Source: Podarcis filfolensis
Lineage: Eukaryota
Length of the DNA: 64,000 nucleotides
Assembly (NCBI GenBank): GCA_964270895.1
Contig: OZ185439.1
Direction: 5' to 3' (one strand)
A model generated the notes under the pieces. That model saw only the letters and a program-made list of their open reading frames with translations, did no database searches and was not told the origin of the DNA. The position numbers were made by a program, and so were the translations under genes. Below, piece after piece: positions 13,801-26,900 of this stretch; within the stretch, counting starts at the first letter, position 1, and every line of letters begins with the position of its first letter.

Positions 13801-16643
13801 TATATCTATATACATACATACACACACAAGTGAGTTGCAAGTTGCCATAGTTCCCCTGGCACCAATCCACTGCATGAGTCCTTTCACAGTGTGGGCTGTA
13901 TTCAGGGGTTGTGCAAATGGAAAGCTGCTTATGCAATCAATTTTCTTTTCCTCTCCTCCTCCCCTAAGACCAACTTCAGAGGTTTGGGGAGCCCTCCTGA
14001 ACAGTGGCAGCTGTTTCGTATGGGTTGAAATGTGAAGGGGAAACCACCCAGATCAGGATAAAATAGATATCGTGGCCATTGGAGCATTATCTCCACACCC
14101 AATGGTGCTTTCCCCCTTTCATTGCAGTCTTGTGCAACACAGTTCCACTGTTAATGAGGGTCACCAAACCACAGAAGCTGCCTTCTACTCATCGAACCAC
14201 TGGATGGAAGGTTCCATGAGTGAGATTCAACATTGCAGCAGGACTTCCCTTGCTCTCTTCCTGCCTGCAACACCCACACCCTCCCAATTGGCTCTGGAGG
14301 GTCTGCTAACCCTCTGGAGCAGAGTTTGAGGAACGTAGGGGGCTGCATGGTGGAAGAGAGACAGTGTAAATCCCTTAAACAGTTGGGATGCCGTGGTTGG
14401 ATATCATCCTGTGTACTTAGTGCAGCAAACCAGGCTGTAGTAGCAAGTGAAATGCCTCTTTAGAAATGACATGGCGTTCTTGGGATTTGTGACAATTCTG
14501 ATTATGGAACTCAGCTTTGGCCTTTCAAAAATGATTTCCACATAGCCACAAAAGGAAGGACGTTAGAAATTTTGCACAGAAGATGCATTTGTGTAACATG
14601 TATGTGCTCCCAGTGTGCAAAATGGAAAGAAAATATCATTGAACTGAGTATTGACTGTTGCATTCATGTAAGTAAAACCCCAACTACTGAAAATCAGTCA
14701 GTAATAAAATACCACCTACTGTATTTTTTAAAATTGCTTAATTAAATGAAAAGCCCATATTAGCAGTACTATTATTTATTTATTTATTTTTAAAAACTGC
14801 TAACATTTAACCCTGTATAGGTGTGTTTATTTGGTAGTGTCAGCCGAGCTGCTTTGCTTTATATTAACATAAGGATACCTCCTTCTTCTTTTCTTGTTCA
14901 AGCTTGAGCTGAAAGCACTTCCTTGTTTCATTTTGAAATAAAATCAGTTTCTTCTTTCTGAGAAATACAATCCTGTGATTTTTGAGTTACTAATTGTAGG
15001 CAGAAAATGCAGAGTGAAGATCTTACACTACTGAAGCCAGAGCTGAGAAGCATAAAAGCACAAAAGCATTTAAGGGATAAAGCAGGCACAATTTGTAGCA
15101 GAGAAGATGGGAAGGCAGAGGAATAGTGGTTGTTAACCGAGTAAGTGTACTTAATTTCCTGGTAGACTTTTGTGATTCTGTGCCCTTGTGAAGCCATGGG
15201 GATGAAGAACAGCATTCTGTTTAATTCTATGCAGTCTGTGGTATTTAAGCAGCTGTTCCCTAATAAGCCTTGAGTGTACCAAAATTGACAAAATATCATG
15301 AAACATTTTTTCTGTCTTTTGTGCCTAAGACATTACATTCGCAATGCTGTTGTGACAGTAGCTTCAGGGGTGGTGGGTGAAATGCTCTCAACTACAAGAG
15401 CAGCCACGACGCATACTCACAAAAACTGTAATAACCTTCCACAGCTGATTGGCGCTAAGTTTCTGGAGGCCATTGCTTTTGCTTTCCCGACCATTGGCTG
15501 TGCTGGGTGAGGGGGGTGGGAATTGGGAGTCGAGCAACATTTGGAGGGTCAGGTTGGTCTGCTCTGCCCTGTAGGAACAGGAAGCAAGTTCAAAGTAAAA
15601 AGTTATCCATATTTTTTCTGGAATTGAGTTTCTGCTTGTCCCTGTGTTACGATTTCAGAGTCCATTAGTTACCCACGAAGCACCTCAAAATATTGACAGT
15701 TACCTGTAGAAATATACCCATCATACTTACTACTTTGTTTACATAAAAAGCAAGGGTAGCCATGCTGGTCCATAAGGAGAAAAAAACACCGCAAACCCCC
15801 CACAACTGAGCAATGACTAATGAAGTTATTGCCCTGTTAAGGATTTTGTAATTTTTGAGTTTTCCTTTCCTCCCATTCTCTCACCCTCCCAGCACCCTCA
15901 TTCTCCTGTTCTGTTATTCTAAGAATATATTTTGTATTGTGATGGTACACATGTTCTCCTTATCAACATTCCAATAATGAAACATTTGGGAGTGGGTCCA
16001 AAAACTTGCTGAGATCCTGTGGAGTAATGCCAGTGGAAAATTCTTCTTGTGATCGTGTACAGGATAAGGGAGAAACTCCTTTGGATTGTGTCAGTTTTCT
16101 CTTAGTTTTGCTCACCATACTCTTTAGCACATATTTAACTTAAACTAGTGTAACTTAGTTTCCAAAGCCATTCAACATTTGCGTATACTCCCATTTATCA
16201 ACAAACATGTCAGTAGTGCTAGCTAGCATTTTTGTAATGTGGGTGTTATCAGATGGAGCTAAGACCATCACTCAGAGCAATTTATGGCTTTCAAGATTTT
16301 ACAGATTATGCAAAATTGCAATACACCACAAATTGCCATGACAACAGTGATAAAGAACTAAAAAATGTACGTGCTGAGGAACCACATGGGCTGGTGTACA
16401 AACTGTTTCCAATCACCAGAGGTGAGATAATGCAGAATAAAAGGATTGCTATCTGAACACTGCTTCACAGAGTATTTGCTAAAGTCTAAAGTGGACATAC
16501 TGACAAAGTTTATTGTGAATGTCCTGATAAATCTTGACTGTTTTCACTTACAACTGCAGTTAAGCAGTCTCTGCTGTGATAAAATTACTTGTGTTCCTCA
16601 TAACTTGGGACTTGTAAATTTGGAGGCAGAAACTGAAGTGTAA

Positions 16644-17030
16644 CATCATCATCATCATAATCATCAATTGAATTTATATACCGCCCTATATCCGGAGGTC
16701 CCAGGACGTTTCACAGAACAAAATCAAAATATAAAAACACTAAACATATAATTAAAAGAAAAACAACAATCCAATAACCTCTCCCCCCCAAACCCCACAT
16801 TTTAAAAGGGCATAGGATGTCAATCAAATCAACCAAAGGCCTGGTTAAAAAGGAACATTTTTGCCTGGTGCCTAAAATAATGAAGGCGCCAGGTGAAGTT
16901 CCCTGGGGAGAGCATTCCACAGACAGGGAGCCGCTGCAGAGAAGGCCCATTCTTGTGTTGCCACCCTCTGGACCTCTCAAGGAGAAGGCATCTTTGTGTG
17001 TTAATATCCTGGGGACATAATGATATGGAG
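16644..17030 (-). mobile_element. L2-type LINE 3' fragment with (CAT)n tail
   Basis: catcatcat...gaatttatataccgccctat..., then gagagcattccacagacagggagcc...agagaaggccc, the antisense of L2 ORF2 C-terminal coding sequence. Confidence 0.7.
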
Positions 17031-17588
17031 ACGTTATTTGGAAGGATACACATGGCCTGATTATGGCTTAGTAGAAAAGTAGGCAGGAAAACCCCCCAGA
17101 AATATCATTGGTTAGTGTATCCTTTTAAAATGGAGCAAGATTTTAGTTTTATCCAGACTATTACTTTCTATGTACCATCCCTCCAACATTTCTTGAAATA
17201 CGCAGGTGGGAGGAAGGAACAGACAGAAAGACAGACAGACAGACAGCAGTGAGTAAAAACAACAACAAAGTGGGACATGGTTTTTCTTGTGTTCTCTCCT
17301 TCCTTTCCCAGATATATAATTTATTTGTTTGGTTTTCTTTCTCTGGTGTCTGAAATGTTTGCTCCGTATGTGTAGTAGGTATTTACATGTTTGGTTTGAA
17401 ATTGAACAATGGAGATATATACACATACATACATGTTGGCCATGTGGAATGTCTGTGAAGGTGATATTTACAGAAACCCTTAAGCATGGGATAATTAAAA
17501 TATATTTTGTTCTTACCTTTCCATGCATGGCTTCTTTTGCTCTTTTTCTGTATATAGTGAGAGGGTGGGGAGGGGTATTACTCAGAAG

Positions 17589-18018
17589 GGTGGTGGGAAT
17601 GGGCTATTGCATATTCAGTAGGATAAGTGGATTGTAGAGGGTTCTTAATTCTAAGACCCTTAGGTATAATGTCCAGGTTCTTGCATTTAGTCAGAAAGAA
17701 GATGTCTGTCTGTACCCGTGCAAGTTTCTTGGTGAGGTTGATGGACTTCCATTTCATGCGGCTCAATGTGGTGCCTTCCATAGTTCTAGTTACAGGTAGG
17801 TAGCCGTGTTGGTCTGCCGTAGTCGAAACAAAATAAAAAAATTCCTTCCAGTAGCACCTTAGAGACCAACTAAGTTTGTTATTGGTATGAGCTTTCGTGT
17901 GCATGCAGTGTATCTGAAGAAGTGTGCATGCAAACTTAGTTGGTCTCTAAGGTGCCACTGGAAGGAATTTTTTTATTTTGTTTCGACTACAGCAGACCAA
18001 CACGGCTACCTACCTGTA
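17589..18018 (-). mobile_element. Penelope-like retroelement (PLE) fragment: ORF N-terminus plus inverted pseudo-LTRs
   Basis: The - strand peptide KKLARVQTDIFFLTKCKNLDIIPKGLRIKNPLQSTY resembles the reptile PLE ORF start (recalled). 87-bp inverted arms at 17791-17877 and 17932-18018 differ at 2 positions. Hammerhead half-motifs lie between them. Confidence 0.8.
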
Positions 18019-18944
18019 TCTAGAATTTTTACTAAGAGTATAAAAAATGGTTTCCATTATTTGTTCCTAGTGTTTGGTACTTGGGTGGAGATACACTGCC
18101 CCTTAGCATGCATGTAGCAGAGGGTTTTTAAGAGTATTTAAGGAAGCAAACCTGTTTCCTAAGCATCGTAGATAAGCATATTGGTGATAAGGCATAGCAG
18201 AAGAAAGTGGTGATAAATTCTGTTGTCAAAAGAATGAAATTTGGTGTTTATACTGAGAGGCACAAAGTGCTGTTTAACATTTTCCACATTCTTTTTCTTC
18301 CATAACATCAACAAATAGTATTCTTCAACATATCCTTTATGTAATTTGATTTACAAATTTATAAGAACATTTGAAATAGGTGGTTAGGTAGCTTTTGCTT
18401 GGGGAATAAATTGTATTTATTTGTTTTTTTAATCTAACTTTAGTTGCATAACAACTTAGGCATCCCAAATATATCTGCAGTTGCCTTTTCAGATGTTTAC
18501 ATTTTTAAAGGTAGTACACCAAGCTGACTCTCAGAGCACTGTGGTACACTGTAACAGTAGGAAAGATCAGCTCAGAAAGAGGCAGGGGAACCTCCTTGGC
18601 ATTCTAGTTGATAAATCAGCTTAAGAACTGTAGATATTCGGTATTTTTCTTTGCATTTTACACCTTCGGGAAATATATTACATCTTCTTTGCCTTTAGAA
18701 TGTTTCCAAACTAATCCAATCCAAATCTTTATTATGGTCATAGATCAGCATAAGATAAAAGCACCTCCATAAATAAATAAAAGCTGCTAGATAGGCAATA
18801 GGGCAACTGCAGAAGTACACATACTCATACTCTCATTTACAGTAGACCAGTTTGAAAAAGTTGGTAATGGGGTATTATTTCATGTCTCTCATTTTTTGTA
18901 TTTCTCAACATATTACCTACCCTTTCTACCTTTTTGTTTTGCAG

Positions 18945-19221
18945 AGCTTCTAATGAAGATCCTATGATTATCTGAGCTCTAATAGCTGGATCTTCGGATA
19001 TCAAAGCTGGGAGAAAGTACTTCTGAAACCAACATGTAGCAGATAGCCACTGTTCCGTCAGATTTGCTGCTTTTGGCCAAGGTGTTTGTCTTCTAGACTT
19101 CCCTGTGTGTTCAGCAGTGAAAGAATTGTTCTAGGGATTCTTATTTCTTGGGTGGTGAATGAGTTTCGCTGACAGAAATTGAAATTGGATTTCACGTGGT
19201 TTTTTGTTAAACTGAGGAACC
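18945..19221 (+). other. SHOC2: 5' UTR part of the first coding exon of SHOC2 (equivalent to human exon 2)
   Basis: Strong acceptor ctacctttttgttttgcag| ends at 18944. No donor is needed before the ATG at 19222 (gaaccATGa, A at -3). Human SHOC2 likewise has a UTR-containing exon 2 after a long intron 1 (recalled). Confidence 0.75.
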
Positions 19222-19924
19222 ATGAGTAGTAATCTTGGGAAAGAAAAAGATTGTAAGGAGAAGGACCCAAAAGGGTCTTCAGCAAAGGAAAGGGAGAAGG
19301 AGGCCAAGACTTCTGGTGGATTTGGGAAAGAAAGCAAAGAGAGAGAGCTTAAGACCAAAGGGAAAGAAGCCAAAGATGGGAAGAAGGACTCCAGCGGTGC
19401 ACAGCCGGGTGTGGCTTTTTCAGTGGACAATACAATAAAACGACCTAATCCAGCTCCAGGTGCTCGCAAGAAATCCAGCAATGCCGAGGTGATCAAAGAG
19501 CTAAACAAATGTCGGGAAGAAAATTCAGTACGCTTGGACTTGGCCAAGAGGTCGATACACATACTCCCACCATCTGTCAAAGAGTTAACGCAGTTGACGG
19601 AACTTTATTTATATGGAAACAAACTGCAGTCACTACCGTCTGAGGTGGGCTGCCTTGTGAATCTGGTGACACTGGCCCTGAACGAGAACTCACTTACCAG
19701 CCTCCCTGACTCTCTTGATAACTTGAAGCAGCTTCGCATGGTTGATTTACGACACAACAAACTGAGAGAAATTCCTCCAGTGGTGTATAGGCTAAGGTCT
19801 CTCACCACACTTTATCTACGCTTTAATCGTATCACAACTGTGGAAAAGGATATCAAAAACTTGTCGATACTCATCATGCTCAGCATACGGGAGAACAAAA
19901 TCAAGCAACTACCTGAAGAAATTG
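19222..19924 (+). CDS. SHOC2: SHOC2 leucine-rich repeat scaffold protein, coding exon 1 (aa 1-235): Lys/Glu-rich N-terminus, GVAF PP1-binding motif, first LRRs
   Basis: Translates [17 protein letters not shown]...[15 protein letters not shown]...[15 protein letters not shown]...[12 protein letters not shown]. Donor G|gtaaga at 19925. The 703-nt length matches the recalled human c.1-703. Confidence 0.97.
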
Positions 19925-21387
19925 GTAAGAGTGATTTTAAAAATCCTGTACTAAATCTTACTATGTAACAGTGGATTGAATTGTTATCCATGGGCAAGAG
20001 CCACCTTTGCAGAAATGAACTCCTGCTCCCTAGGACCCCCAAATCTGCTCTCTAGTGTCCGCTAATGCTCAATCTGCTGTGCAAGTAATGTGGATGGGCT
20101 TCACCAAATTAATGCATGCCATTTGGCCATTAGATTCCTAAAGCACTGAACCATACCTCATATATTTGTCTGGTTTTCAGCTACTGTCCCACAAATTTTA
20201 TTCCTTCATATTGGACTCCATGAATTAGGCTTAGTTCTTGAGGAAGGAATACAACCATTTATTGGCTCCCAGATACAGTGTTATATATTAAGGATTGTGT
20301 ATTTGTGATGCCTAAGACATAAGTAGTAGTATTGTTTGGGGGTAAAGTCGAGAAAGTTAGAAAGTTAGAAATGCCTTCTTAAGAATTGGGGCACAAACAA
20401 CACTTTAGGAGAAAGCAGTTTTGGTGCTATCTAATTACTAATGCCTGCAATTAATCTTTTCATAAATGTAACACTGAATCATGAATTCACATTTTTTTCA
20501 GGAGTGGAAACTTGCTTAAGTTGCAAAAATGGCATGGCTAGTATTTTAACCAAGAATCTGAGTAAATTTAATATTTTTAAAATAGGTCAAGAGATTCCAT
20601 TATGAATTGCCTATAGAAATTCAATAACTTTCCAACTCCTTTCCTATAAACCGTAATACTGAAAAGGCTATGATCATTTGACAGTACTGTTAGGAGGGAT
20701 GAGGTTTAGGGAATATGTTGGCTGGTCTCTTGAATTAAGACCATATGGGGATAGCATAAAGACCTGAAGAAGTATCATGCAGAGCAAAAATTTCCACATT
20801 TAAACTATGTACATCTTAAACAGTTCCTAAATAACTACGTAACTATATACAAATGTATGCACCAGGATATGTGTGTGATCACCTACTTTGCTTTGTTGCT
20901 GTAATTATTCCACTTCTATTTACTTATCACTGGGGTTTTTTTGTCTCTTGTTTCCCTCTAACCTTACTCCCCTCCATTTCTTTCCACTTGCTGATGTGTA
21001 TATGTGCCTGCCACTTTCGGATTGCAGTTTATTAATTTGTTAGTCTTAAAGTGTTTCAAGATACTTCTATTTTATTTTGTTCAAGAAATTCAGCTTTCTT
21101 TCAGCTGGCCTCTTTCCTTAAAATTCTTTTATTCATTCTATTTTTCTTTTAATAAGTAAACTGGTGGTTCTGATTTAAGACAATGTTATGACACTTAAAT
21201 TTAATTTTAATCCACACAGGCAAGATACATCCCTGCACTCTATCCTGATACAGTGACAAGTAAAGCAGCGTATGCAAACAGGATACACTCCTATGGGATT
21301 TCTATTATTGAAGTCACTCAAAAAATTGCCTGTTCATGCAGTGTATGCTTCTATACAGTTCTTGTAGTTGGAAACAGTTGGAGAGGG

Positions 21388-21388
<1 letters not shown>

Positions 21389-21437
<49 letters not shown>

Positions 21438-21670
21438 TTATTATTTATACCCTGCCCATCTGGCTGAGTTTCCCCAGCTACTCTGGGCGGCTCCCAATCA
21501 AGTGTTAAAAACAGTACAGCGTTAAATAATAAAAACTTCCCTGAACAGGGCTGCCTTCAGATGTATTTTAAAGATAGGATAGCTGCTTATTTCCTTGACA
21601 TCTGAAGGGAGGGTGTTCCACAGGGTGGGTGCCACTACCGAGAAGGCCCTCTGTCTGGTTCCCTGTAACC
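21389..21670 (-). mobile_element. L2 LINE 3' end with (TAA)n tail, in SHOC2 intron 2
   Basis: Reverse complement of the copies at 30746 and 39842 (gaaggcagccctgttcagggaagttttt...gccgcccagagtggctgggga). (TAA)n at 21389-21437. Confidence 0.9.
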
Positions 21671-23899
21671 AGAAGGCTGTTTATTGCTGTAGACTCTTCC
21701 TTAGGGCAAGTTACACTCTAAAAACTCATAGAAACCTTGGTGGGGGGGGGTGCCTCCATTTTTGTGGCTGGAGTGAACTTAATATATTCACTTGTTTAGT
21801 AAAACTTTGGAACAAGTATTAGTTTTGCCAACCTTTGCCCACTGCAGCTTCTTTAAGTAAATACAGTGTAATTTTTTTTGCTGCTGAAGGGTATAAGGTG
21901 CACATCTAGTGCAAAATTAAGTAAAAATGGTTAGGTGTTAGGGGATGTTTGATGTGGCAGCAGCATATCTCAGCTTAGGTCATGTTGAATTTGTATAAAG
22001 TGTGTGAACTGATCTGTGGACAATTTAAAGAACAGTTTACTTTAGCTGTTAATCTCTGCCTTTGCGCAGTGATATCAGACTAATCTTTACCACTTTTATT
22101 GGTAGCTGCTTATATTTGTCTTGCTTTGGAACAAGACTTATTGCTGCTGCCCTTTTGACTTGTGTGATACCTTTGAGGAAAGCAATTGGAAATACTGTTC
22201 TCTGCTGTGTCTGTTGGGAGAAGGACTACACAGTGCTTGTGTATTTTTGTATATCCACTGTGGCTCCAGAGAAACCACCAAAGGAGGTTTATTTTTCTCT
22301 TCTCTGAACTGTTTAGTCTGAGGTGTCGCACTGTATTAAAAATGTGAAGTCCTGCCAACAGCTAATGCTACGAATTATGCATTCCTGAAGAAAACATTGG
22401 GGATCCCCTGTTGCCTAAGGTAGATCTAGCTTATTTTCCATATCTCTCTAGGAAATCCTCCATTCCATTGAAGCAAGGGTAAAGAGTGGGATAAAATTCA
22501 AAATTATAGTGAGTCACAGAAGAAGCATGAGAAATATGAAGAAACAAATGGGAGTGTCTCTGACTGAATCCAATGCATTCTTGTAATCCTAGGTTTATCT
22601 TATGCATTCTTTTATAGCTAGTTTGTTGTACATGTTCATTTCTAGAGGCACGCCATACAATTAGTTTTATTTTCACACAAAATAGCTTTATTATTCAATG
22701 CATGCATTCTCTAATAAAACTACTGACTGAAATGGTGACAGGTTTCTCTATTTTTCACAGATATGCACATGCAAGTAGCAAAGCAGGTGAAAGCTGATGC
22801 TTCTAAAATACTTCAATTTGGGGTGGTTTGGGGAAATTGCAGTAAAGGCTGACCTACATATTTTGAACATCCCTGTTGGACAGGTTTTTCAAGTAAGGGG
22901 TGGATGGTGTGTAATGGGAGTTGTTGGTTGCCATGCCCAAGAGATGTAAAGCTTATTTAATTTAATTAAAAGAAATTGTTTTCCGCTCTTCTATAAGATG
23001 AGCGTAACCTGTGCTACCTTCTGAGTTTTTCACAAGACAGCAATAGAATTGTAGATATGAGATATGATTGATGGGCAGTGCTACAGGTAAACCCAGAGCC
23101 AGTAAGACAGCTTGCAGTTGTATATGTTAGCAATGAGAGAAATGAGAATGGGTTTCTAAGAGCTTAGTGCACTCCTGATCAGAATACAAAAGATAATTGC
23201 TCTTACATGGGTAGCTGGCAGGAAAAGAAAAATGAAGGTTCATTGTTTTTGGTATACTCTACTGGCACTTTAAAAATCAACCAGGGAATAGAAATTCCAG
23301 TACAGTACTTACTATAAGCTTAGTAATATTTTTCAATGCCAGAATTTTAAAAAAATACTTCAAGTTTTTAAATTCTTAGGAGTTATAACAATATAATTTA
23401 GGTTACCTTTTTATGTAGGTAGAGAGTCTAGAAGAGGATTAATAAACACTGTTGCTAGCAGACATACACGTATGTCATTGACTGCTCTGTACTGACTTAG
23501 TTTGACTCATTTGTTTGTTACTAAAATTTTGTTTAATGCAATCAGTATGCTGGATAATGTGTGCAGGTCTCATAATACTCCTCAGTGGGCTAGCACAACT
23601 TAAGAAAAATGGAGGGGAGATGATTTCAGAGAAGAGGTCAGAAGACAAATGCTAACTGAAGCAAAAATCTAGAATTGCTAATATTCATAAGTTCCCTTTC
23701 CTTATGTGCCCAGGGAAAGCTCTCTATCCATTCCCTTTGTCATCTGCTGCAGGATTTATCACAATGTAAAGGGTTTTTAGAATTTTCAACCTGGTTACGG
23801 AGAGAGCTAGACTGTGCAGCCGGTCAGGAGAGTTGCATATCATCCTTGCAGTCTCAAATATTTTCCACCAAGTTAATTGTGGCAGGAAGAATACATCTG

Positions 23900-23929
23900 T
23901 ACATACATACATACATACATACATACATA
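23900..23929. repeat. (ATAC)n microsatellite
   Basis: Directly visible; ~30 bp from the LINE target site. Confidence 0.95.
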
Positions 23930-23974
23930 GTTCACAAAAAGTGAAGGTAGCCATGATGGCTGTAAGAAAAATTA

Positions 23975-26900
23975 CTTACTTATTCAAACCTTTATTAGGC
24001 ATTATACAAATAAAACGATAAAAGAAAAAGTAACATATAAAAGCCTTGAGATATATACAGAAAGGCAGCAGTTGGCTACATACATATATATATATATACA
24101 TATAAAATCAGTGGTTTTCCTTGTTAACCTGCTCCTTGGAGGACTGCTACCAAAAACTCGGCTACCCCCGCCGTTACCCTTTGGTCAACGTCGGATAGGC
24201 AGAATCCCACACATTCACCTTGTTGGGGCTCCAAACCACCCAAAAGAGGGGACAGCACGCGTTGACGGGGCGTACTGTACAATGGGCACTGAAAGAGAAT
24301 GTGCTCTACCGTGTCCGGGACATTCATAAAACATCTGCAGAATCTCTTGTTTCTAGGGATGTTTTGATATCTTCCCCTGACAAATGCTGAGGGAAAAACA
24401 TTCAAACGGGCCAGCATAAAAGCCCTACGTTGGGCTGGAATTATTAATTTGGTGACGTAATTGGCTCTGCTATCTAAGATATTTAAATCATAGAATATGG
24501 GCGAGCAAATTTTGTTTACAGCTGTCATAATATTTTGCCTCTCGACATCCTTTAGTCTAGTTAGGATATTATGGAAAATGTATTGCTCATTAGAATTGTA
24601 CAGGGGCTCCAGCTCGATGCCTAAAGATTCAATCTTTTTTTCGAGGTGCTGATACCATCTTGATTTGTAGGAGTCTTTGAGCAAATCAGCGAGCAGACTT
24701 GATGGAGGGCAGCGAAAATGGCAGCGTAACCAGTACTTTATTGAGGTGGACCAGGCCCAATATTCCATTGTGTGTATGCCTATTTCTGCACACATTGTTT
24801 CATATTTGATCACAGCTGGGAGTCCAAGAATACGTCTCAGAAAGCTGGAGTGAATCTTTTTTAAATCACTATTATATGCTTGGACCCATAGCGGGATTCC
24901 ATAGAATATCTGGGATTGCACTTTTGTTTGGAATATCTGATTGGCCGCAGGAATAAATTGATTGCCTTTCTGATAATAAAAACGGGCAACTGCTGATGAG
25001 GTGCACTTTGCCTGTTTTATGGCATTTGTGCGATGATTTGCCCACCCTAAATTGCTCTGGAATAAGATTCCCAGATACCTATAGATTTTCACTTGTTGGA
25101 TTTCCTGCCCTCTTATTTTCCATTTCTCTAATTTCCAACCATTCGAGAAGACCAAAATTTTTGTCTTCTCGTAATTTATAGAGAGCTTGTTACATTCGCT
25201 GTAAAGGATCAGAGAAGATATAAGACGTTTCAGACCCAAGCTCGTTAATGATAGTAGGACAGCATCGTCTGCGTATAATAACAGAGAAACTGGTTTCTGA
25301 TTAAGTTTAGGGGCATGTGATTCTATTTTTTGAAGGTGATCTGGCAAGTCTGATAAAAATAAATTAAATAGGAAGGGGGCAAGAATACACCCTTGTTTTA
25401 CCCCTTTCGAGTTTGGGATGTCTGATGAAAGGTGACCTTTGGTGTTAAGTTTGACTTGACAGATATTGGAAGAGTATAAATTTTTTATTAGGATCAATAA
25501 GCGCTGATCAATTTTTAATTCTGCGAGTTTCCTCCACAGCTTTGGGCGGTCAATTGAGTCAAATGCACCACGAAAATCTACAAAAGCAGCAAATATCTTA
25601 GATTGCCTTTGAGATCTGTATTTTTCAACCAAATGCATAAGTATAAGGCAGTGGTCTAATGTAGAGCAACCTTTGGAGAAACCTATTTGTTCTTTCCCTG
25701 GTAAATTTAGATTTTTCATCCAGGTAAGGAGTTTAGATAAAAGGTGCTTAGCGTAGATTTTCCCTATCACTGATAATAGGCTTATCGGTCTATAATTCCT
25801 TGGTTCTTTTGGGTCGCCATTTTTAAAAATTGGGATAATTATTGATCTTAACCATATCTCAGGTATGATCCCATATTTATCTATGAGAGTAAACAATTGA
25901 GCTAAGGGTTCTGCCCACCAATCTATATAGGTCTTAAATAATTCTATTGGTAGACCGTCTGGCCCAGGAGATTTCCCCGATTTGAAATTTTTAACTATCT
26001 CTCTAATTTCCTCTTCTTCTACCCTTGGCCACTCCTGGAGTTTATTGATTTTATTTTTAGTGGTTTCATTTCCTTTAAGTTCACTGTGTAGATTGTTAAA
26101 TACAGATGTAAAATATTGGGACCATTTGGATTCTGCAATTGGTGGTAGAGTTAGTTGATTTTCGGCTTTCAATCCTCCGTACACTAGGTTCCAGAACGCT
26201 TTGTTATTTTTACTCTGAATTGAGTCGAGTAATTGTAGCCATTTTTGGGTTGCATATTTCTGTTTCTTTTCGGCCAGAATGTAATGATATTTTCTTTTTT
26301 CATCAAGATAAGAGGGCTCTAGTTTAGTGCGATTATTTTTAAATGTTTGGCGCAGTTTTCTTTTTAGCTGGAAACATTCATCATCAAACCAAGGGCTAGC
26401 GCTATGTTTAAGTACCCAAACTTTAGGTGGAGTACTAAGTTCTACGAACATTTGGAAGATTTCATTATAAATTTTCGGAATATCGCTGTAGGAATTAGTG
26501 GTCTTTAAGTTGGATAATACTTGTTTTCTCAGGTTGGCTGTAAGTTTTTGCCCCACTACTGCACTCATTTCCTGGGACCATTTTAATTGGGTCATTTGTT
26601 TGTATTGAGAGGGTTCTATAATATTGTGCTTGGTTATTTTGGTTTCATCCTTTAAGTTAATAGACAACAATAATGGCTGATGGTCGCTTTCAGTACGCGT
26701 TCCGATTTTGAGGTCCATAATCGAATTTATAATATTATAAGGGACAAGAATATAGTCGATGACACTGCATCCTCGGGGGGAGAAGTATGTAAACTCCCCG
26801 CTTCTATCGCCTTTTGTTGAACCGTTCACAATCTGCAAATTAAAGTTGTTACATAATTCAAGTAGGCGTAAGCCTTCGTTGTTTACAGCCCTATCTCTGG

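Noticed and set aside
19925-19968. ORF track extends SHOC2 exon to 248 aa (...[13 protein letters not shown])
   Set aside because: This is read-through into intron 2 past the canonical donor at 19925. There is no evidence for an intronic poly(A) isoform.
24009-24980. AATAAA hexamers supplied by the antisense LINE as premature poly(A) signals for SHOC2
   Set aside because: AATAAA is common throughout these AT-rich introns, so the motif alone says nothing without 3'-end data.
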